This document shows, piece by piece, positions 1 through 10,446 of a DNA stretch of 64,000 nucleotides. The translations under genes were made by a program, and so were the position numbers. Below the pieces are notes generated by a model. It saw only the letters and a list, made by a program, of their open reading frames with translations, was not told the DNA's origin and ran no database searches. Within the stretch, counting starts at the first letter, position 1; every line of letters starts with the position of its first letter. Source of the stretch: Nibricoccus sp. (GTDB lineage: Bacteria > Verrucomicrobiota > Verrucomicrobiia > Opitutales > Opitutaceae); contig JASGHG010000001.1 in assembly GCA_047602425.1 (NCBI GenBank), positions 448,001-512,000 of the forward strand, given 5' to 3'.

Positions 1-1077
1 GCCAAACGCCGCCAGTCGTTCTTTGGGTCCACCGATCACGGCATACACGTCGGGCGCTTGCACAAAGGTCGGCATCAGGCCGCGTTGTTCGAGCAGCAGC
101 GAAAACGTCATGTCGCCGATCGCGAAGCCGACCGCCGGCAGTTCGCCATAACCGAGTTTGCCGACGAGATTATCGTAACGTCCACCGCCCGCCAGAGCGC
201 GTAGTTCGCCCTTGCGATCGAAGGCCTCGAAAACAAAACCAGTGTAATAAGCCAAACCACGTACCACCGCCAGATCGACTTCAATGTAGCGCGCCAGCCC
301 CATCGCCTCGAAGTTCGCCAGCAAGCGACGCCAATCGGCCAAGCGCGTGTTGAGTTTTTCGCCGCCGACCGACCCGAGGATGTTTTCGAGCGCAGCCAGG
401 GATTTGACCTGGAGAAACGCGAGTACTTTTTCCTTTAGCACGGGGTCGAGCGAACCGAACTGCTCGACGTAACCTTTGAAAGCTTCGTCGCCGGATTTCT
501 CGTATTTGTCGACGGCGCTCAACATGCCGCGGATGCGTGCGTCGTCGAAACCGAGGGCTTCGAGGTAATAAAACCACAAATTGCGATCGCTCAGACGCAC
601 GTAGAAATCCTGCTCGCTCAAACCGAAGGCGCACAGACATTGCACGAGCAGCGCGATCAATTCCGTCTCCGCTTCGATGCCAGGCTCGCCGAAAATGTCG
701 GCGTTAAACTGAAAGAAACAGCGTCCGCGGCCTTTCTGCATGCGCTCGTAGCGATAAAATTCCGCGATGCTAAACCATTTGATCGGACGCTTGAGCGCGT
801 TGGCTTTTTCTCCGACGAGACGGCACACGGTCGGCGTCATTTCGGGCCGCAGCGCAACTTCGCGGCCACCTTTGTCGGTGAAATTGAAAAGCTGCGCCTC
901 GATCTCCTCGCCAGACTTCGTCTTGTAGAGTTCGAGCGGCTCCAGCACCGGCGCATCGTATTCGTTGAAGCCGAAGGTCGTGGCCGTCTGTCTCCACAAA
1001 CGAAATACATGATTCCGACGCGCAAGAGCGTCGGGATAAAATTCGCGGAAGCCGGGCAAGGTCTGAAACGTAGCCAT
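1..1077 (-). CDS. hisS: Histidine--tRNA ligase (3' end runs off window)
   Basis: Not in the ORF track. The reverse frame from ATG 1077 reads MATFQTLPGFREFYP...RYERMQKGRGRCFFQFNADIFG...VVRGLAYYTGFVFEAF...RALAGGGRYDNL (class II HisRS motifs). Confidence 0.95.
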   Translation of the reverse strand, partial: MATFQTLPGFREFYPDALARRNHVFRLWRQTATTFGFNEYDAPVLEPLELYKTKSGEEIEAQLFNFTDKGGREVALRPEMTPTVCRLVGEKANALKRPIKWFSIAEFYRYERMQKGRGRCFFQFNADIFGEPGIEAETELIALLVQCLCAFGLSEQDFYVRLSDRNLWFYYLEALGFDDARIRGMLSAVDKYEKSGDEAFKGYVEQFGSLDPVLKEKVLAFLQVKSLAALENILGSVGGEKLNTRLADWRRLLANFEAMGLARYIEVDLAVVRGLAYYTGFVFEAFDRKGELRALAGGGRYDNLVGKLGYGELPAVGFAIGDMTFSLLLEQRGLMPTFVQAPDVYAVIGGPKERLAAFG

Positions 1078-1192
1078 GAGAAACCACGAACTTGCGAATG
1101 CGACGGGCCAAGCGCGATGCGAAAATTTCGCAAGGGGCTTCGCTGCCGATCCATTTTTCACGCAGCCACGAATGGCCCGCCGGTCGGGCAAG

Positions 1193-1211
1193 AGTAACCT
1201 AATAGGTTACT
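1193..1211. repeat. 19-bp palindrome, copy 1 (AGTAACCTAATAGGTTACT)
   Basis: Perfect 9-bp arms around one central base. Related copies lie at 54122 and 58479. Confidence 0.8.
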
Positions 1212-1296
1212 TTCGTCTTCTGTGGCTCGTGAAAAGCCCCCGCATTCGTCATACGTCATTTAATATGCATGCCGCCTCGTCGTCCCGTGCGGACAC

Positions 1297-1325
1297 AAAA
1301 AAGCCGGGTGAAAAAGCCCGGCTTT
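1297..1325 (-). terminator. Intrinsic terminator of the HU gene
   Basis: Minus strand reads AAAGCCGGG-loop-CCCGGCTTT followed by a T-run, just after the HU stop. Confidence 0.8.
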
Positions 1326-1351
1326 GAAAAAGGAAAAACAACCTCCGCGAA

Positions 1352-1660
1352 TTACAGCTGCGTGATATCGAGCTTCTTGAGCAGCTGCTTAAGAATTTTG
1401 CCGGACTTAAATTTGACGACGGCGCGCTCAGGAATAACCACTTCTGCCTCCGGTTTGTTGGGATTGCGCCCGATGCGCGATTTGCGTTTTTGGACTTCCA
1501 ACACACCGAAATTGCGGAGCTCGACGTTGCGGCCTTCGGCGAGGGCCTTCATAACGATGTCGAGCGTCATTTGAACGGTTGCCACGACTTCCTTCTGGGG
1601 GAAGCCGGTCTTTTCATAAATCTCGAGAACGATTTCGCGTTTTGTAAGGTTGGTGGACAT
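1352..1660 (-). CDS. HU/IHF family DNA-binding protein
   Basis: MSTNLTKREIV...VELRNFGVLEVQKRKSRIGRNPNKP...VVKFKSGK. Start set at ATG 1660. Confidence 0.93.
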   Translation of the reverse strand: MSTNLTKREIVLEIYEKTGFPQKEVVATVQMTLDIVMKALAEGRNVELRNFGVLEVQKRKSRIGRNPNKPEAEVVIPERAVVKFKSGKILKQLLKKLDITQL

Positions 1661-1758
1661 AGTTGGTTTTCCTTTGTATTCGGCTTGTTTGAGGCGAACA
1701 TAAGTAATTTTCAATTCCCGCATTACGTCAACACGTTAGGCAATATTTTCATTAAAAA

Positions 1759-3354
1759 ATGAGTGAAAAAGATACACAAAATACCGAGGACCAACTGCCT
1801 AAGGAAGTAAGGGAAGCGTTGCGCGGCACACCTTTTCGGACATTCCTCACCGGCGCAAATCCCTTTGGTGCCGCCACTTCCGGTAACGAAGCCCCCTCCG
1901 ACACTGACCATGAAGAACAGTTGAAACGTATTCGCAGCTTTGGGCTAAAACCACGCGAGATCCGCGACCACTTAGATCGTTTTGTGATCCAACAAAACGA
2001 GGCCAAAAAGGTTCTTTCGGTGGCGATTTGCGATCACTATAACCATGTCCGCGAGTGTCTCGCCAACCCCGATTTGCGCGAACGCGACTACGCAAAACAG
2101 AACATTCTTCTGCTCGGGCCGACCGGTGTGGGCAAAACTTATCTCATGCGCTGCATCGCGCGCCTGATCGGCGTGCCGTTCGTGAAAGCCGACGCAACAA
2201 AGTTTTCTGAGACTGGTTATGTCGGCGGCGACGTAGAGGACCTCGTGCGCGATTTGGTGAAGGCGGCCGATGGCGACGTCGAACTCGCGCAATATGGCAT
2301 CGTTTATATCGACGAGATCGACAAAATCGCCACCGCCACAAACAGCGGCGGCGGACGCGACGTGTCGGGGCGCGGCGTCCAAATCAACCTGCTCAAGCTC
2401 ATGGAGGAAACCGACGTCAATCTCCAAAGCCAGACGGATCTCGCCGCGCAAATGCAGGCGATGTTCGAAATGCAGCGCACCGGCCGCCAGCGCAAGCGGA
2501 CCATAAACACTCGCCATATCCTATTCATCGTCAGCGGCGCGTTCGATAAACTCGCAGAGCAGGTCAAGCGCCGCGTCCAAAGCAGCCAGATCGGTTTTGC
2601 CTCGGCCGGCAAAGAACGTCTCGCGCATGACAGCGATTACCTGCGGCTCGCCCAATCGCGCGACATCATCGATTACGGGATGGAGCCGGAATTCGTTGGC
2701 CGCCTGCCCGTGCGTGTGGCTTGCCAGGCTTTAACGCCTCAAGACCTGGAAAAAATTCTTCTCACTTCCGAAGGCAGCATCCTCGCCCAATACCGCGCGG
2801 ACTTCGCCGGCTACGGGATCGATTTCGAAATGACCGCAGACGCCGTGACGGAAGTCGCCGCCCGCGCACATTCTGAAAATACCGGAGCGCGTGGACTCAT
2901 GACAGTTCTCGAACGCGTTTTTCGCGACTTCAAATTCGAGCTCCCATCGACCGCTTTGAAAAACTTCCGCGTCGATGCGCCCACGGTCGCCTCCCCCGGT
3001 GATACGTTGCGCGCCCTGCTGCGGGACAACGCCACGCATCAGAAAGAGGTGCTAAGAGCCGAGGTGGCCTCGTTTGCGGCCCGTTTTCAACAAGAACACG
3101 GTTTCGAACTCGCTTTCGACGAAAGCGCCATCCTGGCGCTCATCGATGAAAGCCTCGCTACCGATAAAACCATCCGGGCCTTGTGCGAAATCAAGTTTCG
3201 CGATTTTCACCATGGCTTGAAACTCATTGCAGGCGATAGTGATAGAAAGAAGTTTGATATAGATCGGAGCGTCGTGGAAAACCCCGACAAAACCCTGTCT
3301 CAATGGGTGGTAGAGCGCTTCAAAACCAACGATCAGGCCCAGCCAAAGGGTTAA
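1759..3354 (+). CDS. ClpX-like AAA+ ATPase lacking the N-terminal zinc-binding domain, with a C-terminal extension
   Basis: Walker A GPTGVGKT, DATKFSETGYVGGDVE, Walker B YIDEIDK, RDVSGRGVQ, IGF loop, TGARGL. Confidence 0.88.
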   Translation: MSEKDTQNTEDQLPKEVREALRGTPFRTFLTGANPFGAATSGNEAPSDTDHEEQLKRIRSFGLKPREIRDHLDRFVIQQNEAKKVLSVAICDHYNHVRECLANPDLRERDYAKQNILLLGPTGVGKTYLMRCIARLIGVPFVKADATKFSETGYVGGDVEDLVRDLVKAADGDVELAQYGIVYIDEIDKIATATNSGGGRDVSGRGVQINLLKLMEETDVNLQSQTDLAAQMQAMFEMQRTGRQRKRTINTRHILFIVSGAFDKLAEQVKRRVQSSQIGFASAGKERLAHDSDYLRLAQSRDIIDYGMEPEFVGRLPVRVACQALTPQDLEKILLTSEGSILAQYRADFAGYGIDFEMTADAVTEVAARAHSENTGARGLMTVLERVFRDFKFELPSTALKNFRVDAPTVASPGDTLRALLRDNATHQKEVLRAEVASFAARFQQEHGFELAFDESAILALIDESLATDKTIRALCEIKFRDFHHGLKLIAGDSDRKKFDIDRSVVENPDKTLSQWVVERFKTNDQAQPKG

Positions 3355-3435
3355 CCTATTTGCGGGAGATTCGCTTTTAGCTGGTGCCAACCGGCCGCGT
3401 GGTTTGCAATGCGCGCTCTTTTGCCAGCTCTCTCA

Positions 3436-4128
3436 ATGCCGGATCCTGTCGCCGTAAATTCAATGTTTGCCCGCATCGCACGTCGCTACGACGTCGCGAA
3501 TCATCTGTTGAGCCTCGGCATCGACATCCGGTGGCGCAACAAACTCGTCAAAGCCGTGCGCCAGGCCGAACCACGCGCCATCCTCGATCTCGCAACCGGC
3601 AGCGGCGACGTCGCCTTCGCGCTCAGTCGGGGGCTGCCCGAGCATGTTCAAATTCTCGGCATGGATTTTTGCCAGCCGATGCTCGATGAGGCCGAGATCA
3701 AAAAAGCCTCGCGGCATTACGCCAACGTGACTTTCCAGCAAGGCGACGGTCTCGCGCTGCCCCTCGCGGACAATTCCTACGATGCCGTCACAATTTCCTT
3801 CGGCCTGCGAAACATGGGCAATCTTCGCCAATCGATTCAGGAAATGCGCCGCGTACTTCGGCCGGGCGGCCGGATGTTCGTCCTGGAATTTTCCCAGCCC
3901 GCACGTTGGTTTCGCCCGTTCTACTATTTTTATATCCGCCGCATTCTGCCCGGGCTCGCGCAGTTGGTGACCGGCGACCGTTCGGCCTACGTTTACCTCA
4001 ATGAAACGATTGAAGAATTTCCCGGCCGCGAAGCCCTCAGCCGCGAAATTCGCGAATGTGGCTTTAACGAGGTCAAAGCGAACGCTCTAACCTGCGGCAT
4101 TGTCGCGCTGCACGAAGCAGTGAAATAA
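3436..4128 (+). CDS. ubiE: UbiE/MenG quinone biosynthesis methyltransferase
   Basis: MFARIARRYDVANHLLSLG, LDLATGSGD, TISFGLRN, LEFSQP. The start could be 3409. Confidence 0.9.
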   Translation: MPDPVAVNSMFARIARRYDVANHLLSLGIDIRWRNKLVKAVRQAEPRAILDLATGSGDVAFALSRGLPEHVQILGMDFCQPMLDEAEIKKASRHYANVTFQQGDGLALPLADNSYDAVTISFGLRNMGNLRQSIQEMRRVLRPGGRMFVLEFSQPARWFRPFYYFYIRRILPGLAQLVTGDRSAYVYLNETIEEFPGREALSREIRECGFNEVKANALTCGIVALHEAVK

Positions 4129-4193
4129 ACCCCGCTCTATCGGGCGGACCTGGGATAGAAGCCTGCATGCAGGCGAACTTGGGTTCGCTCCGA

Positions 4194-4511
4194 TCAGCTA
4201 AACGATTTCCCGCAACCGCAGGTACTCTGCGCATTGGGATTTTTGATCTCAAAGCCCTTGCCCTGGAGGTCGTCGTCGAAGTCGATCGCCGAACCATTCA
4301 TGTAGGCGAGACTCGTTGGATCCATGATCACATCCACGCCTTCAGTCTGGAACTGCGTGTCATCGGGCTTCGGCTCGTCGAATGACATGCCGTACTGAAA
4401 ACCCGAGCATCCGCCCGACTCCACAAACACGCGGAGGCGCTTCTGCGGCGCATTCAATTCATTCTGCATCGAGCGCACCTTAAAGGCGGCGCGTGGACTA
4501 AGCGTAATCAT
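4194..4511 (-). CDS. A-type Fe-S carrier protein (ErpA/IscA, HesB family)
   Basis: GGCSGFQY and C-terminal NPNAQSTCGCGKSF. Confidence 0.93.
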   Translation of the reverse strand: MITLSPRAAFKVRSMQNELNAPQKRLRVFVESGGCSGFQYGMSFDEPKPDDTQFQTEGVDVIMDPTSLAYMNGSAIDFDDDLQGKGFEIKNPNAQSTCGCGKSFS

Positions 4512-4632
4512 ACCGCAACGTGTAACGACACACGTCGCTGTCAACTGGTCGAAAAAATTACAGCAATTTTCATGCTAGATGTCATTTGCGCTCTTGCCAG
4601 CGCGCTGCTGCTGTCATTTCTTCTTCCGCAGA

Positions 4633-5616
4633 GTGGCTTCCCTCAAACACATCTTCAACGAGCTCCACTACGAGCTGACTCGAAAAATAGCCGAAGGCGG
4701 CATGGGTGTCGTCTACGAGGCGGTGCAGCGCGGCGCAGGCAATTTCCGTAAGAACGTCGCGGTTAAGCTCATTCGCGAAGAATATTCCACCATCCCGGAA
4801 TTCCAGAAAAATTTCATCGGAGAGGCCCGCCTTGTCGCCGATTTGATCCACACCAATATCGTCCAGACCTATCACCTCGGGCAGGTCGGCGGACAGTACT
4901 TCATGGTGATGGAATTCGTGCGGGGCGTGCACCTCGAACATTTGATCGAGCGCCACCGCGTGCTCAAACGCCAGATTCCCGTCGATATTGCAGCGTTCAT
5001 TATTTCACGCGTCGCCCGCGGCCTAGCCTACGCCCATCAGAAATGCGACATTGAGGGACGCCACCTTAACATTGTTCACCGCGACATCGGTCCGAAAAAC
5101 GTCCTCATTGCCTACGAAGGGGACGTGAAGTTGACCGACTTCGGCATCGCGAAGGCCCTCGACCTGATGTACAACGAGGAAGGCAAAGTCATCGCCGGCA
5201 AAGACGAGTACCTTTCCCCCGAACAGGCCAGTTACGCCGTGACCGACGCCCGCGCCGACCTTTTTCCGCTCGGCATCGTCCTCACGGAATTGTTGTTGGG
5301 ACGAAATATTTTCCGCTCTGCCGATCGTCTCGAATCGCGTCGCAACATCCTCACGATGCCGGTGCCGAAATTCGGCACGCTGCGCCCCGACATCGATTCG
5401 CGCCTCGAAGCCATTATTCAGAAGGCACTGCAGCGCGACCGCGATAAACGCTACCAGACCGCCGCGGAAATTCTCACCGATTTGGAAATGTACCTCTACA
5501 GCGACCGCTACGGTCCCACCAACGAGAAACTCGGGGTGTATCTCCGCGAGTTGATGGATCACCGCGAGCCAGGCGTGCCCCCTCCGCTTTCGAAATCCCC
5601 CGCCCCGGCCTCCTGA
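4633..5616 (+). CDS. Cytoplasmic Hanks-type Ser/Thr protein kinase
   Basis: [32 protein letters not shown] 4633 is the likely start; the ORF is open from 4579. Confidence 0.92.
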   Translation: MASLKHIFNELHYELTRKIAEGGMGVVYEAVQRGAGNFRKNVAVKLIREEYSTIPEFQKNFIGEARLVADLIHTNIVQTYHLGQVGGQYFMVMEFVRGVHLEHLIERHRVLKRQIPVDIAAFIISRVARGLAYAHQKCDIEGRHLNIVHRDIGPKNVLIAYEGDVKLTDFGIAKALDLMYNEEGKVIAGKDEYLSPEQASYAVTDARADLFPLGIVLTELLLGRNIFRSADRLESRRNILTMPVPKFGTLRPDIDSRLEAIIQKALQRDRDKRYQTAAEILTDLEMYLYSDRYGPTNEKLGVYLRELMDHREPGVPPPLSKSPAPAS

Positions 5617-5646
5617 TGCATCACCACACTGCCATCACCAAAGACC

Positions 5647-7125
5647 ATGAGCGGACACGGATTTAGCCAGGACCTCCGACAGCGCCAGACCCAGTCATTG
5701 GTGCTCGCGCCGCAGTTGCGGCAGTCGCTGAAAATTCTTCAGGTCGCTGCACTCGACCTGCGTTCTGTCATTCAGGAGGAGTTGCAGAACAATCCGACTT
5801 TGGAAGAACTCCCGATGGAAGGCGTCAGCCTCGACAAGGAGAAGGCGGAGAGTTCCAACGAAGCCGGCGAAAATGGTTCCAGCGAGACGCCTGAGCAGCA
5901 CGAGGAAATGGATTTTTCCAACTCCAAGGAGTTCGAAATCCTCAGCAAGCTCAACGAAGACTGGCGCGACCACATGGCCCAGGCCGGCGGCAATCAGCCA
6001 TACACCTCCGAGGACGCGGAGAAACGCCAGCACTTCTTCGATTCCCTTGTTAGCGAAACCTCGCTTCAGGAACACCTGATGCAGCAGGCCGAACTAGCCG
6101 ACATGCCACCACAGGCGCTCGAAGCCATGAAATACCTGGTCGGCAGTCTCGACGACCGCGGCTTCCTCACTCAATCCGCCGCCGACGTCTCACTTCAGAC
6201 CGGCCTCCCGCTCGAAGCCGTCCAGCAGGCGGTCAAACTCCTCAAGACGTTCGATCCTCCCGGCATTGGCTGCGAAGACATTGAGGACTGCCTGCTCCAG
6301 CAGCTCATCGCCAAAGGCCGAAGCGATTCGCTCGCCGCGCGGATTCTTCGCGATCATTTCACCCTTCTCTCGCGCCGCCGCATTCCAGAAATCGCGCGAA
6401 AACTCGGCGCACATATGGACGACGTGCAGATCGCCATCGAGGAAATCGGCACGCTCGATCCCGCGCCCGGCCGACGTTTTGCCGATGACAACAACCGTGT
6501 TGTCGTCCCCGACGTCACTGTAGAAAAAGACGGCGAAGAGTGGAAAATCATCCTCAACAACGACTATATCCCGCGCCTCAGAATTTCGAGTACCTACCGG
6601 GAACTTATCGCCAAAGGCACCCTCTCCAAACAGGAGCGGGACTACCTCCGCGAACGCATGCGTTCCGGCAAATTCCTGATCAACTCCATCGAACAGCGCC
6701 AGCAGACGATCGAGCGAATCACTCGCGAAATCATCAAGGCTCAGATCGAGTTTTTTGAAGGCGGCGTGTCGAAATTGAAACCCCTGACGATGACGCAGAT
6801 TGCCGATGTCGTCGGCGTACATGAAACGACGGTCAGTCGCGCCATCGCCAATAAATACATTCGGACGCCACACGGCGTTTTCGATTTCAAATATTTCTTC
6901 ACCCCCGGTTACCAGTCCGATACCGGCGCCGCCGTTTCGAACACCAGCGTGAAGGACATGATCAACGACCTCATCGAAGGCGAAGATCGCAGCCACCCGC
7001 TCAGCGATCAGGAAATCGTGGCCAAGCTCCAGGAAAAAGGCATCAACATCGCCCGCCGCACCGTCGCCAAATACCGCGAAGAACTCGGCTTGCTGCCGAG
7101 CAATCTGCGGAGGGACTATACCTGA
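5647..7125 (+). CDS. rpoN: RNA polymerase sigma-54 factor
   Basis: Q/L-rich region I, VHETTVSRA HTH, RpoN box ARRTVAKYRE. Confidence 0.97.
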   Translation: MSGHGFSQDLRQRQTQSLVLAPQLRQSLKILQVAALDLRSVIQEELQNNPTLEELPMEGVSLDKEKAESSNEAGENGSSETPEQHEEMDFSNSKEFEILSKLNEDWRDHMAQAGGNQPYTSEDAEKRQHFFDSLVSETSLQEHLMQQAELADMPPQALEAMKYLVGSLDDRGFLTQSAADVSLQTGLPLEAVQQAVKLLKTFDPPGIGCEDIEDCLLQQLIAKGRSDSLAARILRDHFTLLSRRRIPEIARKLGAHMDDVQIAIEEIGTLDPAPGRRFADDNNRVVVPDVTVEKDGEEWKIILNNDYIPRLRISSTYRELIAKGTLSKQERDYLRERMRSGKFLINSIEQRQQTIERITREIIKAQIEFFEGGVSKLKPLTMTQIADVVGVHETTVSRAIANKYIRTPHGVFDFKYFFTPGYQSDTGAAVSNTSVKDMINDLIEGEDRSHPLSDQEIVAKLQEKGINIARRTVAKYREELGLLPSNLRRDYT

Positions 7126-7181
7126 GCGCCAGCGCCCACGTTCTTTCCTCTTTCTCGTTCTCTTTATCTTTCTCGGAGCGA

Positions 7182-7499
7182 ATGAAGAGAAAACTTTCAT
7201 GGGCTATCGGAATACTCGCTTACATTGCACCTCCCATTTGGTACTATTTCACATCGCAATCGTACATTAATGAGGTCAAGCGGGAGCACGGTTGGGTTTG
7301 CGGAAATCCTCTCTTGGCCTACCTCGCAATAGCCTGCATTGCGGCATCGGTCTTATCGATCATCGCCACAGGTTTCGGAATTGCTTCATACATTGTGACA
7401 CCGGCGCCTCGCCCCAAATACCGAGTTTTAGAAGTCGTTTTTCTCATTTTGCCATTTCTCATCGAAGGTACCTATGCAGTTGGCCTCTTCTTCGGCTAG
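7182..7499 (+). CDS. Small hypothetical membrane protein (~3 TM)
   Basis: Hydrophobic 105-aa ORF filling the rpoN-trpB2 gap. Visibly more AT-rich, with GGAG upstream. Confidence 0.6.
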   Translation: MKRKLSWAIGILAYIAPPIWYYFTSQSYINEVKREHGWVCGNPLLAYLAIACIAASVLSIIATGFGIASYIVTPAPRPKYRVLEVVFLILPFLIEGTYAVGLFFG

Positions 7500-7613
7500 T
7501 TGCGGGATCCTTCCAATTAGCCCCGCTCCACCCGCGAGCAGCTGAGCTATTTTCCCTCGCAGCGGCACGAATCAGTTGGCATCCGCCCGGCGTTTTTCTT
7601 AACAAACGCCCTC

Positions 7614-8957
7614 ATGTCCTCCGAAATCGTTACCCTTCCCCACAGCGAAATTCCCAAGGCTTGGTACAACGTCCTCGCCGATCTCCCTTCCCCGCTCCCG
7701 CCGCCGCTGCATCCCGGCACCGGAAAACCGCTCGCACCCGAGGATCTCGCGCCGATTTTCCCGAAGGCCCTCATTGAACAGGAAATGTCCGGCGAAAAGT
7801 GGATCGAGATCCCCGCCGAAGTCCGCGAGCAATACAAAATCTGGCGCCCCACCCCGCTCGTTCGCGCCGTCCGCCTCGAAAAAGCGCTGAAGACCAACTG
7901 CCGCATTTATTTCAAAAACGAGAGCATCAGCCCTGCCGGTAGTCACAAACTGAATACCGCGCTCGCCCAAGCCTACTACAACAAGAAGGAGGGAGTCACC
8001 CGCGTTACGACCGAGACCGGCGCCGGCCAATGGGGTTCGTCCATGGCCTTCGCCAGCCAACTCTTCGGACTCGAATGCGTTATCTACATGGTGAAATCGA
8101 GTTATCACCAAAAGCCCTATCGCCGTTCGCTCATGAACATTTGGGGCGGCAAGGTCACGGCCTCTCCTTCCGACAAAACCAACGCCGGTCGCGCCATCCT
8201 CGCCGAAAATCCCAACACACCCGGCTCGCTCGGCATCGCCATTTCCGAAGCCGTCGAGGACGCCGCCACGAGCAAGAACACCAAGTACACGCTCGGCTCC
8301 GTCCTCAACCACGTGATACTCCACCAAAGCGTCATCGGGCTCGAAACCAAGAAGCAGCTCGAAATCGCCGGCGAAAAACCCGACACGCTCGTTGGCTGCG
8401 TTGGCGGTGGCAGTAATTTCGGCGGGTTCGCCTTTCCGTTCCTTCCCGAGAAACTCACCACCAACAAAAATCTGCGCATCGTCGCGGTCGAGCCTTCCGC
8501 CTGTCCATCGCTCACGAAGGGCGTTTACGCCTACGACTTCGGCGACACCGCCAAGCTCACTCCGCTCGTGAAAATGTTCACGCTCGGTCACACCTTCGTG
8601 CCCGAGGGCATTCACGCCGGCGGTCTCCGCTACCACGGCACGGCGCCAATCGTCGCGCACCTTGCCGATCTCAAGCTCATCGAGGCTGTCGCGATCACGC
8701 AAAACACTGTCTTCGCGGGCGCCCTCCAATTCGCCCGCACCGAGGGCTTCGTCCCCGCGCCCGAGACTTCGCACGCGATCGCTGCCACCATTGCCGAAGC
8801 GAAGAAAAACGACGGCAAGTGCATCGTCATGTGTTACAGCGGACACGGCCATTTCGACATGGCCGCTTACGACGCCCACCTCTCCGGCGTGCTTGAAGAT
8901 TACGAGCATCCCGAGGAGAAAATTGCCGAGGCGCTTCATCACCTGCCGAAGGTCTAA
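7614..8957 (+). CDS. trpB2: TrpB2-type tryptophan synthase beta-like PLP enzyme
   Basis: [42 protein letters not shown]. Confidence 0.93.
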   Translation: MSSEIVTLPHSEIPKAWYNVLADLPSPLPPPLHPGTGKPLAPEDLAPIFPKALIEQEMSGEKWIEIPAEVREQYKIWRPTPLVRAVRLEKALKTNCRIYFKNESISPAGSHKLNTALAQAYYNKKEGVTRVTTETGAGQWGSSMAFASQLFGLECVIYMVKSSYHQKPYRRSLMNIWGGKVTASPSDKTNAGRAILAENPNTPGSLGIAISEAVEDAATSKNTKYTLGSVLNHVILHQSVIGLETKKQLEIAGEKPDTLVGCVGGGSNFGGFAFPFLPEKLTTNKNLRIVAVEPSACPSLTKGVYAYDFGDTAKLTPLVKMFTLGHTFVPEGIHAGGLRYHGTAPIVAHLADLKLIEAVAITQNTVFAGALQFARTEGFVPAPETSHAIAATIAEAKKNDGKCIVMCYSGHGHFDMAAYDAHLSGVLEDYEHPEEKIAEALHHLPKV

Positions 8958-8969
8958 AACCTTTCCACC

Positions 8970-8998
8970 AAGCCGCGCCACACCAGCGCGGCTTTTTT
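8970..8998 (+). terminator. Intrinsic terminator-like hairpin after trpB2
   Basis: AAGCCGCGC-CACACCA-GCGCGGCTT followed by T-run. Confidence 0.7.
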
Positions 8999-9004
8999 GC
9001 CGCC

Positions 9005-9955
9005 ATGACCATCGCCATCACCGGCGCCGCTGGAAATCTCGGCTCACTCTTAAGCCGGCATTTGCTCGCGCACACGCCAAACGATCTGCGCCTGCTCATC
9101 CACAACCGCGATCTACCGCCAGATTTGAAAAACCATCCGCGAGCGCCCGCTGTGCGCTGTGACCTCGCCCGACCGGAGACCCTCGTGCCCGCGCTGGTCG
9201 GAGCAGATTGCGTCGTCCATTTCGCTGGCGTGCTTTTCAAAGCCAATCCCGAGCGTTTTCTACCCACCACCAATACCGCCTATTTCAAAAACTTCCTCGA
9301 CGTCGCCATCGCGCAAAAAGTCCGCCGTGTCATCCTGATCAGTTTTCCCCACGTCGAAGGCGAAACCACGTCCGAATCGCCCGCCACCGGCAAACTCGAT
9401 GGCATTCCTTCCTCCGCGCACGCCCGCACCCGGCTCGAAGAGGAAAAACTTCTCTTCGCCGCAGGCAAAACCCATGGCTTCGAAGCCGCTTCACTCCGCG
9501 TCGGCATGGTCTATGGTCGCGGCATTCTAATGATCGATACCGCACGCTGGCTTGCCCGGCGGAGACTGCTCGGTGTCTGGCGTGAACCAACTTGGATTCA
9601 TTTGATCTCCACCGAAGACTTCCTGACCGCCACCGCCGCAGCCGCCACCCGCGAAAACATACAAGGCATTTACCATCTCGGAGACGACGGCCGCCAAACA
9701 TTGCAGCAGTTTCTCGACACTGCCGCCGAAGTTTGGGGCACGCGCAAACCTTGGCGTATGCGGCTGGGATTAATCTATTCTGCGGCCCGTCTTTGCGAGG
9801 GCTGGTCTTCGCTGTCCGGCTCGCGATCGCCGCTCACCCGCGATTTCATTACCATTGGTCGTTGCTCCTATTACGGCGACACTTCGCGCATGAGGACAGA
9901 ACTGCTCTCAAAATTGGCGTACCCAACATTGAAAGAGGGCCGTCACACGCTTTAA
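9005..9955 (+). CDS. NAD-dependent epimerase/dehydratase (extended SDR) family protein
   Basis: ITGAAGNLG Rossmann motif, VVHFAG, LRVGMVYG. Confidence 0.85.
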   Translation: MTIAITGAAGNLGSLLSRHLLAHTPNDLRLLIHNRDLPPDLKNHPRAPAVRCDLARPETLVPALVGADCVVHFAGVLFKANPERFLPTTNTAYFKNFLDVAIAQKVRRVILISFPHVEGETTSESPATGKLDGIPSSAHARTRLEEEKLLFAAGKTHGFEAASLRVGMVYGRGILMIDTARWLARRRLLGVWREPTWIHLISTEDFLTATAAAATRENIQGIYHLGDDGRQTLQQFLDTAAEVWGTRKPWRMRLGLIYSAARLCEGWSSLSGSRSPLTRDFITIGRCSYYGDTSRMRTELLSKLAYPTLKEGRHTL

Positions 9956-9963
9956 TTGATTTC

Positions 9964-10446
9964 ATGTCCGCCCGACGCGAAGATTATATTCTACGAATGA
10001 TCGAACAGCTGCGCCTCATGGTCGCCGCCGCGGTGAAATTTCGCAACGGCGGGCAACTCGATCAGGCGCTCCTCGCCATCGTTAGCGCGCAGGAAAAACT
10101 TTTTGCCCGGCCCGCATCCGATTTCATGGCGCTCGACCTCGACGAACAACTGCGCCTGCTCCGGATCGACGAAGCCCCCGATACCGCTCGCGAAAAATGC
10201 CTCGGTTATGCCGCCTTGCTTCGTGAAGCGGGGCTTGTTTACGAAGCCCGCGACAAACCCGAACTCGCCGCCAGCGCGTTTCAGTCCGCTCTCTATATTT
10301 TGCTGACCACCGCCGTCGAAACCAACCGGCCCGCCAGCAGCGAAACCGCCGCCGACATCGCCGATTTACTCGACCGCATACCCGTCGATCAGCTTCACGC
10401 ACCAGTAAAAGAACTGCTCGCACAGCTTGGCGCTCAAGAATCTTGA
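9964..10446 (+). CDS. Helical hypothetical protein (DUF6483-like)
   Basis: MSARREDYILRMIEQL N-terminus resembles DUF6483. ATG at 9964. Confidence 0.7.
   Translation: MSARREDYILRMIEQLRLMVAAAVKFRNGGQLDQALLAIVSAQEKLFARPASDFMALDLDEQLRLLRIDEAPDTAREKCLGYAALLREAGLVYEARDKPELAASAFQSALYILLTTAVETNRPASSETAADIADLLDRIPVDQLHAPVKELLAQLGAQES

Noticed and set aside
281..1197. Track ORFs 281-640, 640-1197, 770-1111 and 837-1154
   Set aside because: These are shadow or alternate frames of hisS, which the track missed because it runs off the window.
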